Virus record (IMG/VR): IMGVR_UViG_3300017766_002493
Coordinates: 1-64,000 of that record
DNA: 64,000 nt
DNA from: a virus
Strand: one strand, 5' to 3'
Below, piece after piece: positions 49,288 through 58,652 of the stretch. The position numbers and the translations under genes were made by a program. The notes beneath the pieces are model-generated. The model saw only the letters and a list, made by a program, of their open reading frames with translations. It made no database searches and was not told the DNA's origin. Position 1 is the stretch's first letter; each line of letters opens with the position of its first letter.

Positions 49288-49444
49288 CTAATGTTTTTTC
49301 ACTTGTCTTTTCTAGTTCTTTAGCTATTACTATTAAAGCTGTTTGAACTGCTTGGTGATCTTTAAGATTACCTACAAAAGCTGCTGCAACATTTTGAATA
49401 ATTTTGAGAGCTTCTTCTTTAGACATTTGAACTTGTTCACTCAT
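49274..49444 (-). CDS. 56-aa hypothetical protein (possible fibre chaperone)
   Basis: Hand translation MSEQVQMSKEEALKIIQNVAAAFVGNLKDHQAVQTAL...; AAAAACCAACAACC leader, promoter box upstream. Confidence 0.6.
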   Translation of the reverse strand: MSEQVQMSKEEALKIIQNVAAAFVGNLKDHQAVQTALIVIAKELEKTSEKTLEKVD

Positions 49445-49476
49445 GGTTGTTGGTTTTTAATGAGCAAATATAATAA

Positions 49477-52110
49477 TTATATTGATTTTACAAAAGCAGG
49501 ATCTCCTAATAAAAGATTACTAGATTGTCCTGGAGTTAATATATTTTGTATACTAGGATCTCCTTTGGATATTCCATTAGGTAAACTGTTAATATATCTT
49601 ATACCTCTTGTGTTTGTAGAGCTTTTTTTAGAATCAGTTATTAATAATAATTGTTGTGGTCTTGATAAAGTGCAATTAGTAATATTTACAAACTTTGCTA
49701 TTTTCTCAAAGTTATCAGTAAATGTTACAGTATAATTTGATGCAACAGTAGAAGCAACTATTGTTTTAACATTAGGTGTTCCACAAAAAAACTCATTCAT
49801 AGTTAGTGAAGCTGCATTACCTAAAAGTACACTTCTCCAAGCAGTTTTGTGCATATTTGTAAGAGTATGATTGAAACTTTGATTTAAGTATAAATCACAT
49901 TTACTTGCATCAATATTACCTCTTATTAAGTTTATTATTCTTGCTGCTCCATTTGCAAAATTGATAGGAGTGCTAATGGTTATTTTACCACCAGTATCAA
50001 AGTACAAATTTGTATTTATAGGATAAATTATATTTAAACTTGATATAACACCATTACCTACCATATAAATATTTCCTGCTCCTTGAGTTGATGCAGGCGC
50101 ATTAAAAAATACACTACCACTAACATAAACTGTTCCTGTAATTGAAGAAACACCTGTATTACCACTATATGTTAAATTATTTGAACAATAAATTATTCCT
50201 GAATATGTTATTGTTGTATTTGTTGCTCCAGAAGAAGAATTATTTATATTGCAATTTCCGCAATAAATATTAAAAGCACCGCTTATGGTTCCTTGACCAC
50301 CACAAGTAAAAGTGTTTGAAATATATAAATTATTTGCTAATGTCATAGTATTTGCTCCACTACTAGCAAAGAAAAAATTATTCCAAGTAATATTAGGAGT
50401 ATTTATTGTAGCATTTACAGTTTGAAAAGTATTAGAATTTGTAATAACATCTCCTAATGTATGTGTTAGTGTACCTGTAGCATAATAAACATTAGCACCT
50501 AAAGTAAGAGTGCCACTTGCTTTGTTTATTGTAAGGTTATTTGATAGATATACCGCAGAACCATGCGACCAAGTTTGGCTTCCTGTACCATTAATAACTA
50601 TCGGAGTAGATGCCCCACTTGTTGTTATATTAATTGCTAAGTTTCCTTCTACATTTACAGTAAAAGCCCCAGCAAATGCAACTGTTGTGGTTTGAGTAGT
50701 CAAATCACCAAATGTTGTATTGCTTTGTATAGTAGTGTTATTACCTAATCGAATAGGTATTGATGAAAAAGCATTTGATATATTTAAAACACAAGATGTA
50801 AAAAGTATATAATTATTACCTGTTCCTGATATAGCAACATTTCCTGATACATGAGTTATCGTTGTTGTTTGAAAACTTGGATAAGTATTTTGTCCACCAA
50901 CAACATTTGTTGTAAAAGTGCAAGTTCCTGATGTATTTATTGTAGTAGATAATGAATATCCTCCAGAATAAACTGTTCCACCAGCTAAATAAAAAGTACT
51001 ATTTCCAGTGTATATTAAAGTGCAATTTCCACTAAAACCTGAACCTTGTCCAATACCTATACTTACCGTATTACTTACTGTTATATTTCTTAAACCATTT
51101 AAAGCAACAGCTCTTCTGTTTGTTATTCCAGGTTGGTCAGGATATGTTAATGATGTAATGTTTATATCATTAGGTAATGTTATATTAATATTTGAGTTTC
51201 CAACAACACTTGTATTACTTACAATAAAACCGCCAGTTGGATTAAATAATCCTGTACCACTAAAAGTTAAAACTAAACCACCACCTAATCCTGTTGCACT
51301 AAAAGTTCCTGCTATATTAAAATCACTTGTTAATGTTAGAGATACAGCTCCACTATTTATAGTAACATTAAACCAATTAATTCCATTAGTATTTAATATT
51401 GTAGATGCTCCAATATTTAAAGTAGAGCTTCCTGCATTTACTGTTCCACCACTTGCGACATAAGTTAATGTTCCTGTATTATAATTTAGTGTTCCTGATA
51501 AAGTAAGAACACCACTTGATTTATCAATAGTAAAATCATTTCTAATCTGATGACTACCACTTGCTGTTAATGTTTGGGTAGCTGTGCCAGTTATTTTTAT
51601 TGAAGCACTACCTGTATAAGTACCATTACCCGAAATAGTAACATTTCCAAATCCTTGAATTTCTTGTGTAGGGTCAAAAACATTATTCCTTGTTATTATA
51701 GGACTTGTAGTAGAAGATAATGTTAATAAAGCATTTATTTTAAAAGTATCTAATAAATTAACTTGTGGTGATGTAGCACCAATAGTTATTGGTATATTCC
51801 AATTAGTATTTGCTGTTGTTATACTTTGTGTTGTTGTGCCACCTATAATTATCCCACTTGTTCCTGCATAACTAAAAACTGATGCGCTTCTTGTTAGATT
51901 TCCAGTTATTGTAAGATTAGCATTAAAAGTTATAGTATTTGTATAACCTGTAAAATTTATATTAACACATTGAGCAGAAGAACTTATTGTTACTTGACCT
52001 GATATTCCATTTAAAATAACATTATCAGTAATTAAAGGAACTGAACCTCCTACCCAAGTAGAACCTACATTCCAATTACCACCACCTGCTGCTGCTATAA
52101 TAGTAGCCAT
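49477..52110 (-). CDS. Beta-helical tail fibre/spike-like adhesin
   Basis: T/N/G/S/I-rich; GNWNVGSTWVGGSVP start; duplicated ~60-aa unit (TIDKSSGVLTL / TINKASGTLTL). Confidence 0.6.
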   Translation of the reverse strand: MATIIAAAGGGNWNVGSTWVGGSVPLITDNVILNGISGQVTISSSAQCVNINFTGYTNTITFNANLTITGNLTRSASVFSYAGTSGIIIGGTTTQSITTANTNWNIPITIGATSPQVNLLDTFKINALLTLSSTTSPIITRNNVFDPTQEIQGFGNVTISGNGTYTGSASIKITGTATQTLTASGSHQIRNDFTIDKSSGVLTLSGTLNYNTGTLTYVASGGTVNAGSSTLNIGASTILNTNGINWFNVTINSGAVSLTLTSDFNIAGTFSATGLGGGLVLTFSGTGLFNPTGGFIVSNTSVVGNSNINITLPNDINITSLTYPDQPGITNRRAVALNGLRNITVSNTVSIGIGQGSGFSGNCTLIYTGNSTFYLAGGTVYSGGYSLSTTINTSGTCTFTTNVVGGQNTYPSFQTTTITHVSGNVAISGTGNNYILFTSCVLNISNAFSSIPIRLGNNTTIQSNTTFGDLTTQTTTVAFAGAFTVNVEGNLAINITTSGASTPIVINGTGSQTWSHGSAVYLSNNLTINKASGTLTLGANVYYATGTLTHTLGDVITNSNTFQTVNATINTPNITWNNFFFASSGANTMTLANNLYISNTFTCGGQGTISGAFNIYCGNCNINNSSSGATNTTITYSGIIYCSNNLTYSGNTGVSSITGTVYVSGSVFFNAPASTQGAGNIYMVGNGVISSLNIIYPINTNLYFDTGGKITISTPINFANGAARIINLIRGNIDASKCDLYLNQSFNHTLTNMHKTAWRSVLLGNAASLTMNEFFCGTPNVKTIVASTVASNYTVTFTDNFEKIAKFVNITNCTLSRPQQLLLITDSKKSSTNTRGIRYINSLPNGISKGDPSIQNILTPGQSSNLLLGDPAFVKSI

Positions 52111-52123
52111 AACTTATAATTTA

Positions 52124-52588
52124 TTAATAATCTCCTGCGTAAGGTGTAGCATCTAATTGATCACCAGAAGCATATGCTGTTACTCCATTACACATAGTAA
52201 TAACTAATTTTTGTGTAGATTTTAAAATTATTGGTTGATCAAATGTAATCAATGTTGTAGGTCTTACTGTAGTATTTGTAACATTGTTTGCTACCATACC
52301 TGAAAAAAGATATTCAGTAATAACTCTTGGATTAGCATTTGCTGCTATATCACAAATAAATATTCTTACTATTTTATTAGTAAAAGATGCAGCTGCAGCT
52401 GTTACTGTAGCAGATGCAGTTAATCTTACACCATCTACTCTTGTACCATTAGTTCCTGCTACTACTAAATCAAATGAGTCAGGTGTTCCAGTAGTTGTTA
52501 AAGTTGTAGTACTTGTATTATAAGCTGTTAATCTTGCCGGTGTTATATCACCTGATAATATAAATATTGGAGTTGTATTTGCTGCCAT
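52124..52588 (-). CDS. Fibre-associated structural protein
   Basis: MAANTTPIF...AGTNGTRVD...GDY beta-rich small protein within the fibre cluster. Confidence 0.55.
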   Translation of the reverse strand: MAANTTPIFILSGDITPARLTAYNTSTTTLTTTGTPDSFDLVVAGTNGTRVDGVRLTASATVTAAAASFTNKIVRIFICDIAANANPRVITEYLFSGMVANNVTNTTVRPTTLITFDQPIILKSTQKLVITMCNGVTAYASGDQLDATPYAGDY

Positions 52589-52608
52589 GTTATATTGTTT
52601 TTGTAAAG

Positions 52609-54123
52609 TTAAATAAAATTATAATAATTAAATAATGCTGCTGATGCTGATGAACCGCCTCCTCCAGATATTGTAGAAGGAACTAGTAAACCTAAACTTG
52701 TTAATGCATTAGCTATACCTTGAGCATCTGTTACTGGTCCTGGTTGTACTACAGGAGGATTTCCAAAGAAAGATAACTTAGCTCCTGTAAAACCTATTGT
52801 TGTACCTGCTCCACTACCAATACTCATATAGGTTCCTAAAGGATAATCAATAGCATCTCCTTCCATTATAAAGTTACCTTTAATACCTAACGCAACACCT
52901 ACTCCTGTAGTATTAGTTATTGGAGGATTAACATAAAGTGTAATAGGTGTTCCATCCCAAGTACTAGGAGGACCTGGATATGTAACAGTATAATTAGGTG
53001 ATAAAATTTCAATCTCTTTTTGAACATCTCCCGGAGCATTAGGCGCGGTTGCTGATGGCCATTCTTTTGTACCAGGATCTATAATCATAGATGATATAGG
53101 ACCTGATTGATTAGTATTATTAGGATTAGTGTATCTAAAGTTTGTTATAGTCGAGGTAGAAGAAGCTCCTTTTAACTCTAATATATCTACTCCGTTAAAC
53201 TGAACTTTAGTAGTACCATCTGCTGCAGTATTATTGATAAGGACCGTATCAGTACTAGTTGATCCTACAAATCCTATAGTAGATATGTTTAATTGACTAG
53301 TAGTTAAAGTATAAGTTGCAAGATCAACATTAGCTGTAGCTCCTATGTAAGGAACATAACCTGATAAAGATCCTGAAGTAAGATACCCTGCTGGGTTACT
53401 AGATAAAGGATAATAAGTTAATGCTGCTGTAGCTACATCTAATATTAATGAAGTATCTACTGATAAAACATTAGGTGTTAATTCTAATAGACCATAACCA
53501 GCTGTTACAACTTGTGCAGCATTAAATACTACATAACTTATAGGGTCGGTTCCAACTATAATAGTTCCTGTTGTATTAAGTATATAACCTAATCCACCAT
53601 TATTTGTTCCTTGTTGTACAAAACAAAAATCACCATATGCTAATTCACCACTAGGTGAGTTGTCTGCATCCGGTGCTCTTTCTAGTTCAAAAGGTGTTGA
53701 TCCATCCCCGGGAACATTAACTACATAGATACCATTTTCTAATCCTGATACTTGATCTTTAATTAATACTCTTTCTCCACCTGTAAAAGTTACAGTGTCT
53801 ATACTAAGAGCTCCCGGAGCTGTTGCTATTAAAGTTGCACCTACTCCAGCAATACCATTACTATAAATAACCGATGGTAGAGGAGCTGTTGTAGCAGCAA
53901 CTACTGGAGAGTGAAAATTTAAACCTATTGCTAGATTGTCTACATATTGTTTAGTAGCAGCACCTAGTGCTGTTGTGGGATCTGCATTTAATATTAAATC
54001 ACCAAGCATAGTATCACCTGCTAGATTAACAGGTGTATAACCTAAACCAGCAGTAATAGTAGTAAAAGTAAGGTCAGTAACTAAATCAAGCTGACCTGAT
54101 ATAGGATTATATTTATATGCCAT
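52609..54123 (-). CDS. Tail fibre protein
   Basis: GYTPVNLAGDTM, ADPTTALGAATKQYVD, ERVLIKDQ...ENGIYV...ERAPDAD phage fibre motifs. Confidence 0.7.
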   Translation of the reverse strand: MAYKYNPISGQLDLVTDLTFTTITAGLGYTPVNLAGDTMLGDLILNADPTTALGAATKQYVDNLAIGLNFHSPVVAATTAPLPSVIYSNGIAGVGATLIATAPGALSIDTVTFTGGERVLIKDQVSGLENGIYVVNVPGDGSTPFELERAPDADNSPSGELAYGDFCFVQQGTNNGGLGYILNTTGTIIVGTDPISYVVFNAAQVVTAGYGLLELTPNVLSVDTSLILDVATAALTYYPLSSNPAGYLTSGSLSGYVPYIGATANVDLATYTLTTSQLNISTIGFVGSTSTDTVLINNTAADGTTKVQFNGVDILELKGASSTSTITNFRYTNPNNTNQSGPISSMIIDPGTKEWPSATAPNAPGDVQKEIEILSPNYTVTYPGPPSTWDGTPITLYVNPPITNTTGVGVALGIKGNFIMEGDAIDYPLGTYMSIGSGAGTTIGFTGAKLSFFGNPPVVQPGPVTDAQGIANALTSLGLLVPSTISGGGGSSASAALFNYYNFI

Positions 54124-54125
54124 TA

Positions 54126-54866
54126 TTAAGTGTATTGAATATTAGTTACATTATCAGTTGCAAGATAATAAGTAAATATTTCTGTTATTGTTTCACTACC
54201 TATAAGTGTTGTTCCTGTATGTATAACAGTAGATACTCTAAAATCTCCAGTTCCAGGATCTATATAAGTAATAGCTCTATTGTAATCATCTGCACCTTTT
54301 ATTCTTTCTATCTTAGATGTTACATTGTTTTTAACATCTACTAGGGTCAGTTCTGTAGCTAATGTAGATAAAGCAACATCTAGATTAACATTAGTAACAT
54401 CTACATTTGTTGAGTTAGATATATCTACTTTATCATCAGTAAAGTTAAGATTTCTAATATCTAAGTCTGTTGCATCTACAGTTATAGAGTTACCACCATC
54501 TTGGATGTTTACTGCAGAAGCTCCAGCACCATTTAATACCGTTACTCCACTAGGAGATGATATTGGTGTAATATTTCCAGGTGCTGGTGGTGGAGTAATA
54601 GTAGTTTGTAAAGTTTGATTAAACCACATTTCTGCAGCTAATGTTGAAGTAGCTACATCTATAATATCATATCTTACTATGATATCTCCTGTAGAATATC
54701 CTGGACCATTAGCTGTGGCTTGGTATGTAGTAGTTCTTGTTTCATAATCTACTCCTGGTAAAGCAGCAATACCATCATTAATAGAACTTAATAATTGTAG
54801 AGTCCTAAGTTGATAGGGGAAATTGTTACCCTTATTACCTTGATCTTTTGTATTACCTATTGACAT
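54126..54866 (-). CDS. Fibre/structural protein with shared N-terminal anchor
   Basis: MSIGNTKDQGNKGNNFPYQLR start; DGGNSITVD..DLDIRNL motif. Confidence 0.55.
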   Translation of the reverse strand: MSIGNTKDQGNKGNNFPYQLRTLQLLSSINDGIAALPGVDYETRTTTYQATANGPGYSTGDIIVRYDIIDVATSTLAAEMWFNQTLQTTITPPPAPGNITPISSPSGVTVLNGAGASAVNIQDGGNSITVDATDLDIRNLNFTDDKVDISNSTNVDVTNVNLDVALSTLATELTLVDVKNNVTSKIERIKGADDYNRAITYIDPGTGDFRVSTVIHTGTTLIGSETITEIFTYYLATDNVTNIQYT

Positions 54867-54878
54867 AATATATTAAGT

Positions 54879-55133
54879 TTATTGGGGTTGATCTTCTTCT
54901 GTATTGTGTTTTTTATTAATCCATTTGTCTACTGAGGCAATACCAAAACATGCTATAGTTATAACTTCAAATGAATTAAAAATAAACTCATTAACTAGTA
55001 AAGGTTTATTAGCTATACCAGTGCCTATATCTACAATAGCAAAGATAATCATTACTATAAAAGCTATGAAACCAACTACTGCTTTTTCATTGATATTATT
55101 GTTGTCATTAAACATTGTCCAAAACTGTTTCAT
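54879..55133 (-). CDS. Holin-like protein
   Basis: 84 aa, two TM segments, charged C-terminus, downstream of the endolysin. Confidence 0.6.
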   Translation of the reverse strand: MKQFWTMFNDNNNINEKAVVGFIAFIVMIIFAIVDIGTGIANKPLLVNEFIFNSFEVITIACFGIASVDKWINKKHNTEEDQPQ

Positions 55134-55152
55134 TTTATTTCTTTTTTATTTG

Positions 55153-56262
55153 TTATTTTTTATTACCTTCTTGTGTAGCATATTTAATTCCCATAATTGT
55201 TCCTACAATAGAAAAAGCATTTGTCAATAAAACACTAAACATATTGCTCCAAGTTGAGCCAATAATTTGTGTATCCTGCTTTGTCATTATAGCTACCCAA
55301 TACAATGTTGTAGTTACTAATCCAACTCCAACTATAACAGCCAATGCAACTCTAACAATTATTTTTATTAGTTCACTTTGACTCTTTTTCATCATCACAT
55401 CTAAGTCATTTAAAGCTGCATCCTTTTCTATCTCTATTGCATTTTTAAGTTTTTGAGAATTTTCTAACTCTACTGTTAAAGTCTTTGTGAGCTCATCTAT
55501 TTTTTTCTTGTTGTTTACAGACTCAGTAACATTAGTTGCAATCTTAACTACATCAGTAATATTCCCTTTGCTATCTAATACAGGGTTGTAAGATGCTTGT
55601 AAGTAAACAATAGAACCATCCACTTTTTTTCTTTCAAATATTCCATCAAAGTACTTGCCCTTTCTTAAATTTTCCCAAAACTTAATATACTCATCAGATT
55701 TAGAATAATCATAACTAACAAAAATACTGTGATGCTTTCCAACTAATTTATTTTTTTCATTGGCTTTAAAGCCCATTGTTTCTAAAAATATAGAATTAAC
55801 ATCTGTTATAAAGCCTTCAGTATTAAAGCTAATAAGTGCTGTACTTCTGTTAATTGCATCTATTTGTTTCTTGCTATTGACAATTAAACTAATATCAGTA
55901 GCAATCTTCATTATCTTGGTGATCTTATTATCCTCATCAAAAATAGGATTATAAGTTGCTTGAAGATTAATAAGCTTTCCATCTTTTTTTCTTCTTTCAA
56001 ACTCTCCTTGATAATACTTGCCACTTCTTAGTATATCCCAAAACTTTTCATATTCAAGTGATCTTGAGTAATCTTCACACACAAAAATACTATGGTGTTT
56101 ACCAATGATCTCTTGATGATTACCTTTACCATAACCCATTGCTTCTAGAAAGATGTCATTAACCCCTGTTATAATTCCAGTTAGGTCAAAGTATATTATA
56201 GCATTGCTTCTGTTTATTGCTTCAAGCCTGCTTAATAACTCTTCTTTAGATAGGTTTTTCAT
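55153..56262 (-). CDS. Tandem PAS-PAC protein with coiled coil and two C-terminal TM helices
   Basis: Two copies of AINRS.A.I.F...G.I...N.IFL..MG......GKHHSIFV......EY..FW..LR.G.Y..G.FER.K.DG....LQA.YNP..D......KIAT; no signalling output domain. Confidence 0.85.
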   Translation of the reverse strand: MKNLSKEELLSRLEAINRSNAIIYFDLTGIITGVNDIFLEAMGYGKGNHQEIIGKHHSIFVCEDYSRSLEYEKFWDILRSGKYYQGEFERRKKDGKLINLQATYNPIFDEDNKITKIMKIATDISLIVNSKKQIDAINRSTALISFNTEGFITDVNSIFLETMGFKANEKNKLVGKHHSIFVSYDYSKSDEYIKFWENLRKGKYFDGIFERKKVDGSIVYLQASYNPVLDSKGNITDVVKIATNVTESVNNKKKIDELTKTLTVELENSQKLKNAIEIEKDAALNDLDVMMKKSQSELIKIIVRVALAVIVGVGLVTTTLYWVAIMTKQDTQIIGSTWSNMFSVLLTNAFSIVGTIMGIKYATQEGNKK

Positions 56263-56268
56263 TTTTTA

Positions 56269-56814
56269 TTAGAACTCTTTTAAAAGTGTATAAGTAAAAA
56301 ACTTATTTTTTGTAGCTTTTCCTGCAGCTAAAACTTTAGCAAAGTCTGCAGGATTATTTAAAACTTGGCAACCAGCTGACCACTTGTCTATAAGTTTAGA
56401 AGCAAACTTTTCATTAGCTCTATGGATATTTATACCAAACAAACCTCTGTCTATAGCAGCTGTTTCCTCAGCTTTGTCATCAAGGTTTTTATCACGGAAT
56501 ACATCAACAGGTTTAGCTTGACAAAAAGCTTCATATTTACCTTGATGCATACCTATTTGCCAAGTATCTACATACTGATTAGCTTTAAGTAATGCTGCAC
56601 CTTTTGGATTAAGCAAGTTCTTTAACCAGTGTGTACCCGGGTTTGTAGTGCAAGTAAACCATTCTACTTTATCACCTGCTATAACACCAAACAAGTCATC
56701 AAACTGGTTTGGTAAATTAGCTGTAGATCTTATCCCTACAAAGTGAAAGTCAAACCATCTGTAGTTGTGTTTTTGAAATTGAGCTTTAAGCTCTTCTATT
56801 GTGTATTTTTTCAT
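56269..56814 (-). CDS. Putative endolysin with L,D-transpeptidase-like (YkuD-type) catalytic motif
   Basis: GINIHRA...WSAGCQV His/Cys motif; next to membrane proteins. Confidence 0.65.
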   Translation of the reverse strand: MKKYTIEELKAQFQKHNYRWFDFHFVGIRSTANLPNQFDDLFGVIAGDKVEWFTCTTNPGTHWLKNLLNPKGAALLKANQYVDTWQIGMHQGKYEAFCQAKPVDVFRDKNLDDKAEETAAIDRGLFGINIHRANEKFASKLIDKWSAGCQVLNNPADFAKVLAAGKATKNKFFTYTLLKEF

Positions 56815-56825
56815 AGTTTAATATT

Positions 56826-58418
56826 TTATCTACTTACTTCTTCCCAGTCTAATGAAACATATGCTCCTAAAGTTCCTCCTGTAGCATCAATAGCCATTTC
56901 AATAACCAATTCAAAAGCAGTTCCTGTAAAAGTATCTCTTTCTAATTGACTAGCAAATATTGCTTCTTTTAATATATTGATACTTGGAGAACCTTGATTA
57001 GATGAATTTACATATCCTTGTGCTAATATTCTACCACCTGCAGCAGATGTACCTGTAAGGTTATATTCTACAGATGAATCTACTCCTGCTGAAACCCAAG
57101 ACCCTCCTGTTGTTATAGCAGATTGTACAATTCTCCATGCATAATTTTTACCATTACCTAATCCTAATAAAGATACCGCTGTAGTTATAATTATAGCATC
57201 TAATCTAGTAGACTTTAATCTAATAGCTACCATTGGATAATAAGTTCCTGCTACAGCAAAAGTTTTTGGAGTAGTAATAGGTGTACCAACAGCTTGTTGA
57301 GCTCCTCTTAATTCATATCCTCCTTCAGATATTACTGTAGAGCATACTTGTTTTAGTGTGCTAGGATTTGCAGTTACTCCAGTGTTTGTAATCTCATATC
57401 TTAAAGGTAGAGATGCTGTAGTTATATAGGTGGAAGTAATAAGATTAGCATGGTTGAATCTATGACAAAGTATAAATACTCCATCTATTACAAACCCTAA
57501 TCTTACAGTTCCTTCACCTAACCACTCAATATCCATAAATAGAATTTGAGCTTTGGTGATATCAAGTGTTACTCCAGATGGACCTGTTCCATCTAAAGTA
57601 TCTACATTCCAAGAACTTTGATCAACAACAGTTTCTGTAAGAACACCGGTTACTAAACTTCTTTCAACAAAGCTTAAAGTGCTATTATTTAGTTGTAGAT
57701 ATAAACCATTTTCTGTACCAAAGTATCCTGCTCTTTGTCTTAAGTTTGTTTGAGCAGGTGCCATTACAAAAGTATCAAATACTAATAATGACTTACCTGG
57801 TTGATAAGAAAATACTTTATAGGTTTCTCTAAGTACTTCTGATCCACTAGTAGTATCTACATTTAGATTTACTAATCCCTCATTTGCACTAAATACAGCT
57901 GCTCCTCCACTTGCTGTTGATGTAGCCCACAGACCATTGTCTTTGTATCTATGAGAAGAATCAAATAATGTCAACGGTTCAGATACTCTCATTCTACCAA
58001 AAGCATCACTACTCATTGGAGCAGGTGTTACTGCTACATTGACTACTTGATCAGATGGTAATACTACGGGTGTACTAAGAGCAGATGGTTTTTGACCCAA
58101 GGTGTTTATCCTTGAAGTAAAAGTTGCATCAGCTAACCTAGTAGAAAGTAATACATCTAAATTATCTGTTTTACTTTTTATATTACCTAAAGTACTCAAG
58201 ACTAAAGCTTGAGTAGCTTCTTGATTAAGGTTGGGTAATATAAGATTGGTAGTATTTGTATTATCTTTTATATTGGTAAGTAACTCAATAACCTCTGCTA
58301 AAGATAACCCACTTGCTTCACAACATTCCTGTATAGCAGCAAGTAGTTGAAGATTTCTTAATTGATAAGGAAAGTTATTACCTTTATTACCCTGGTCTTT
58401 GGTATTACCTAAACTCAT
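56826..58418 (-). CDS. Structural/fibre protein with shared N-terminal anchor and lectin-like beta-sandwich body
   Basis: MSLGNTKDQGNKGNNFPYQLR start; DAFGRMRVSEP, YQPGKS, EWLG.G.VRLGF motifs of a common phage virion family. Confidence 0.6.
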   Translation of the reverse strand: MSLGNTKDQGNKGNNFPYQLRNLQLLAAIQECCEASGLSLAEVIELLTNIKDNTNTTNLILPNLNQEATQALVLSTLGNIKSKTDNLDVLLSTRLADATFTSRINTLGQKPSALSTPVVLPSDQVVNVAVTPAPMSSDAFGRMRVSEPLTLFDSSHRYKDNGLWATSTASGGAAVFSANEGLVNLNVDTTSGSEVLRETYKVFSYQPGKSLLVFDTFVMAPAQTNLRQRAGYFGTENGLYLQLNNSTLSFVERSLVTGVLTETVVDQSSWNVDTLDGTGPSGVTLDITKAQILFMDIEWLGEGTVRLGFVIDGVFILCHRFNHANLITSTYITTASLPLRYEITNTGVTANPSTLKQVCSTVISEGGYELRGAQQAVGTPITTPKTFAVAGTYYPMVAIRLKSTRLDAIIITTAVSLLGLGNGKNYAWRIVQSAITTGGSWVSAGVDSSVEYNLTGTSAAGGRILAQGYVNSSNQGSPSINILKEAIFASQLERDTFTGTAFELVIEMAIDATGGTLGAYVSLDWEEVSR

Positions 58419-58642
58419 TATAGAGATTTTAATTTGTTAATTACATCTGTATCAGTCCATTGACCAATAGCATCATAAGCTTCACCTTCCCATAGAACAA
58501 CTAGACCAATTTCATCAGTATAAGCTTCTACTCTTTTTTGCTCAGGTAAATCTTTTAGTTCTCTAATAGTAATTTCAGTTACTGTTACTTTAATTTCTTT
58601 AACAACAACTATTTCTTTTTGTGTTTCTAATGTTACTTTCAT
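58418..58642 (-). CDS. Small acidic fibre-associated protein
   Basis: LWEGEAYDAIGQWTD motif; translationally coupled. Confidence 0.55.
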   Translation of the reverse strand: MKVTLETQKEIVVVKEIKVTVTEITIRELKDLPEQKRVEAYTDEIGLVVLWEGEAYDAIGQWTDTDVINKLKSL

Positions 58643-58652
58643 TTTATTTATT

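Noticed and set aside
55153-56262. Methyl-accepting chemotaxis protein or host contamination
   Set aside because: No MCP signalling domain; same strand, tight spacing and AT content as the phage neighbours
783-56949. Many short plus-strand and nested alternate-frame ORFs in the track (e.g. 3476-3883, 34626-34997, 51008-51463, 55115-55381)
   Set aside because: They lie antisense to or inside long coherent genes and look like shadow translations
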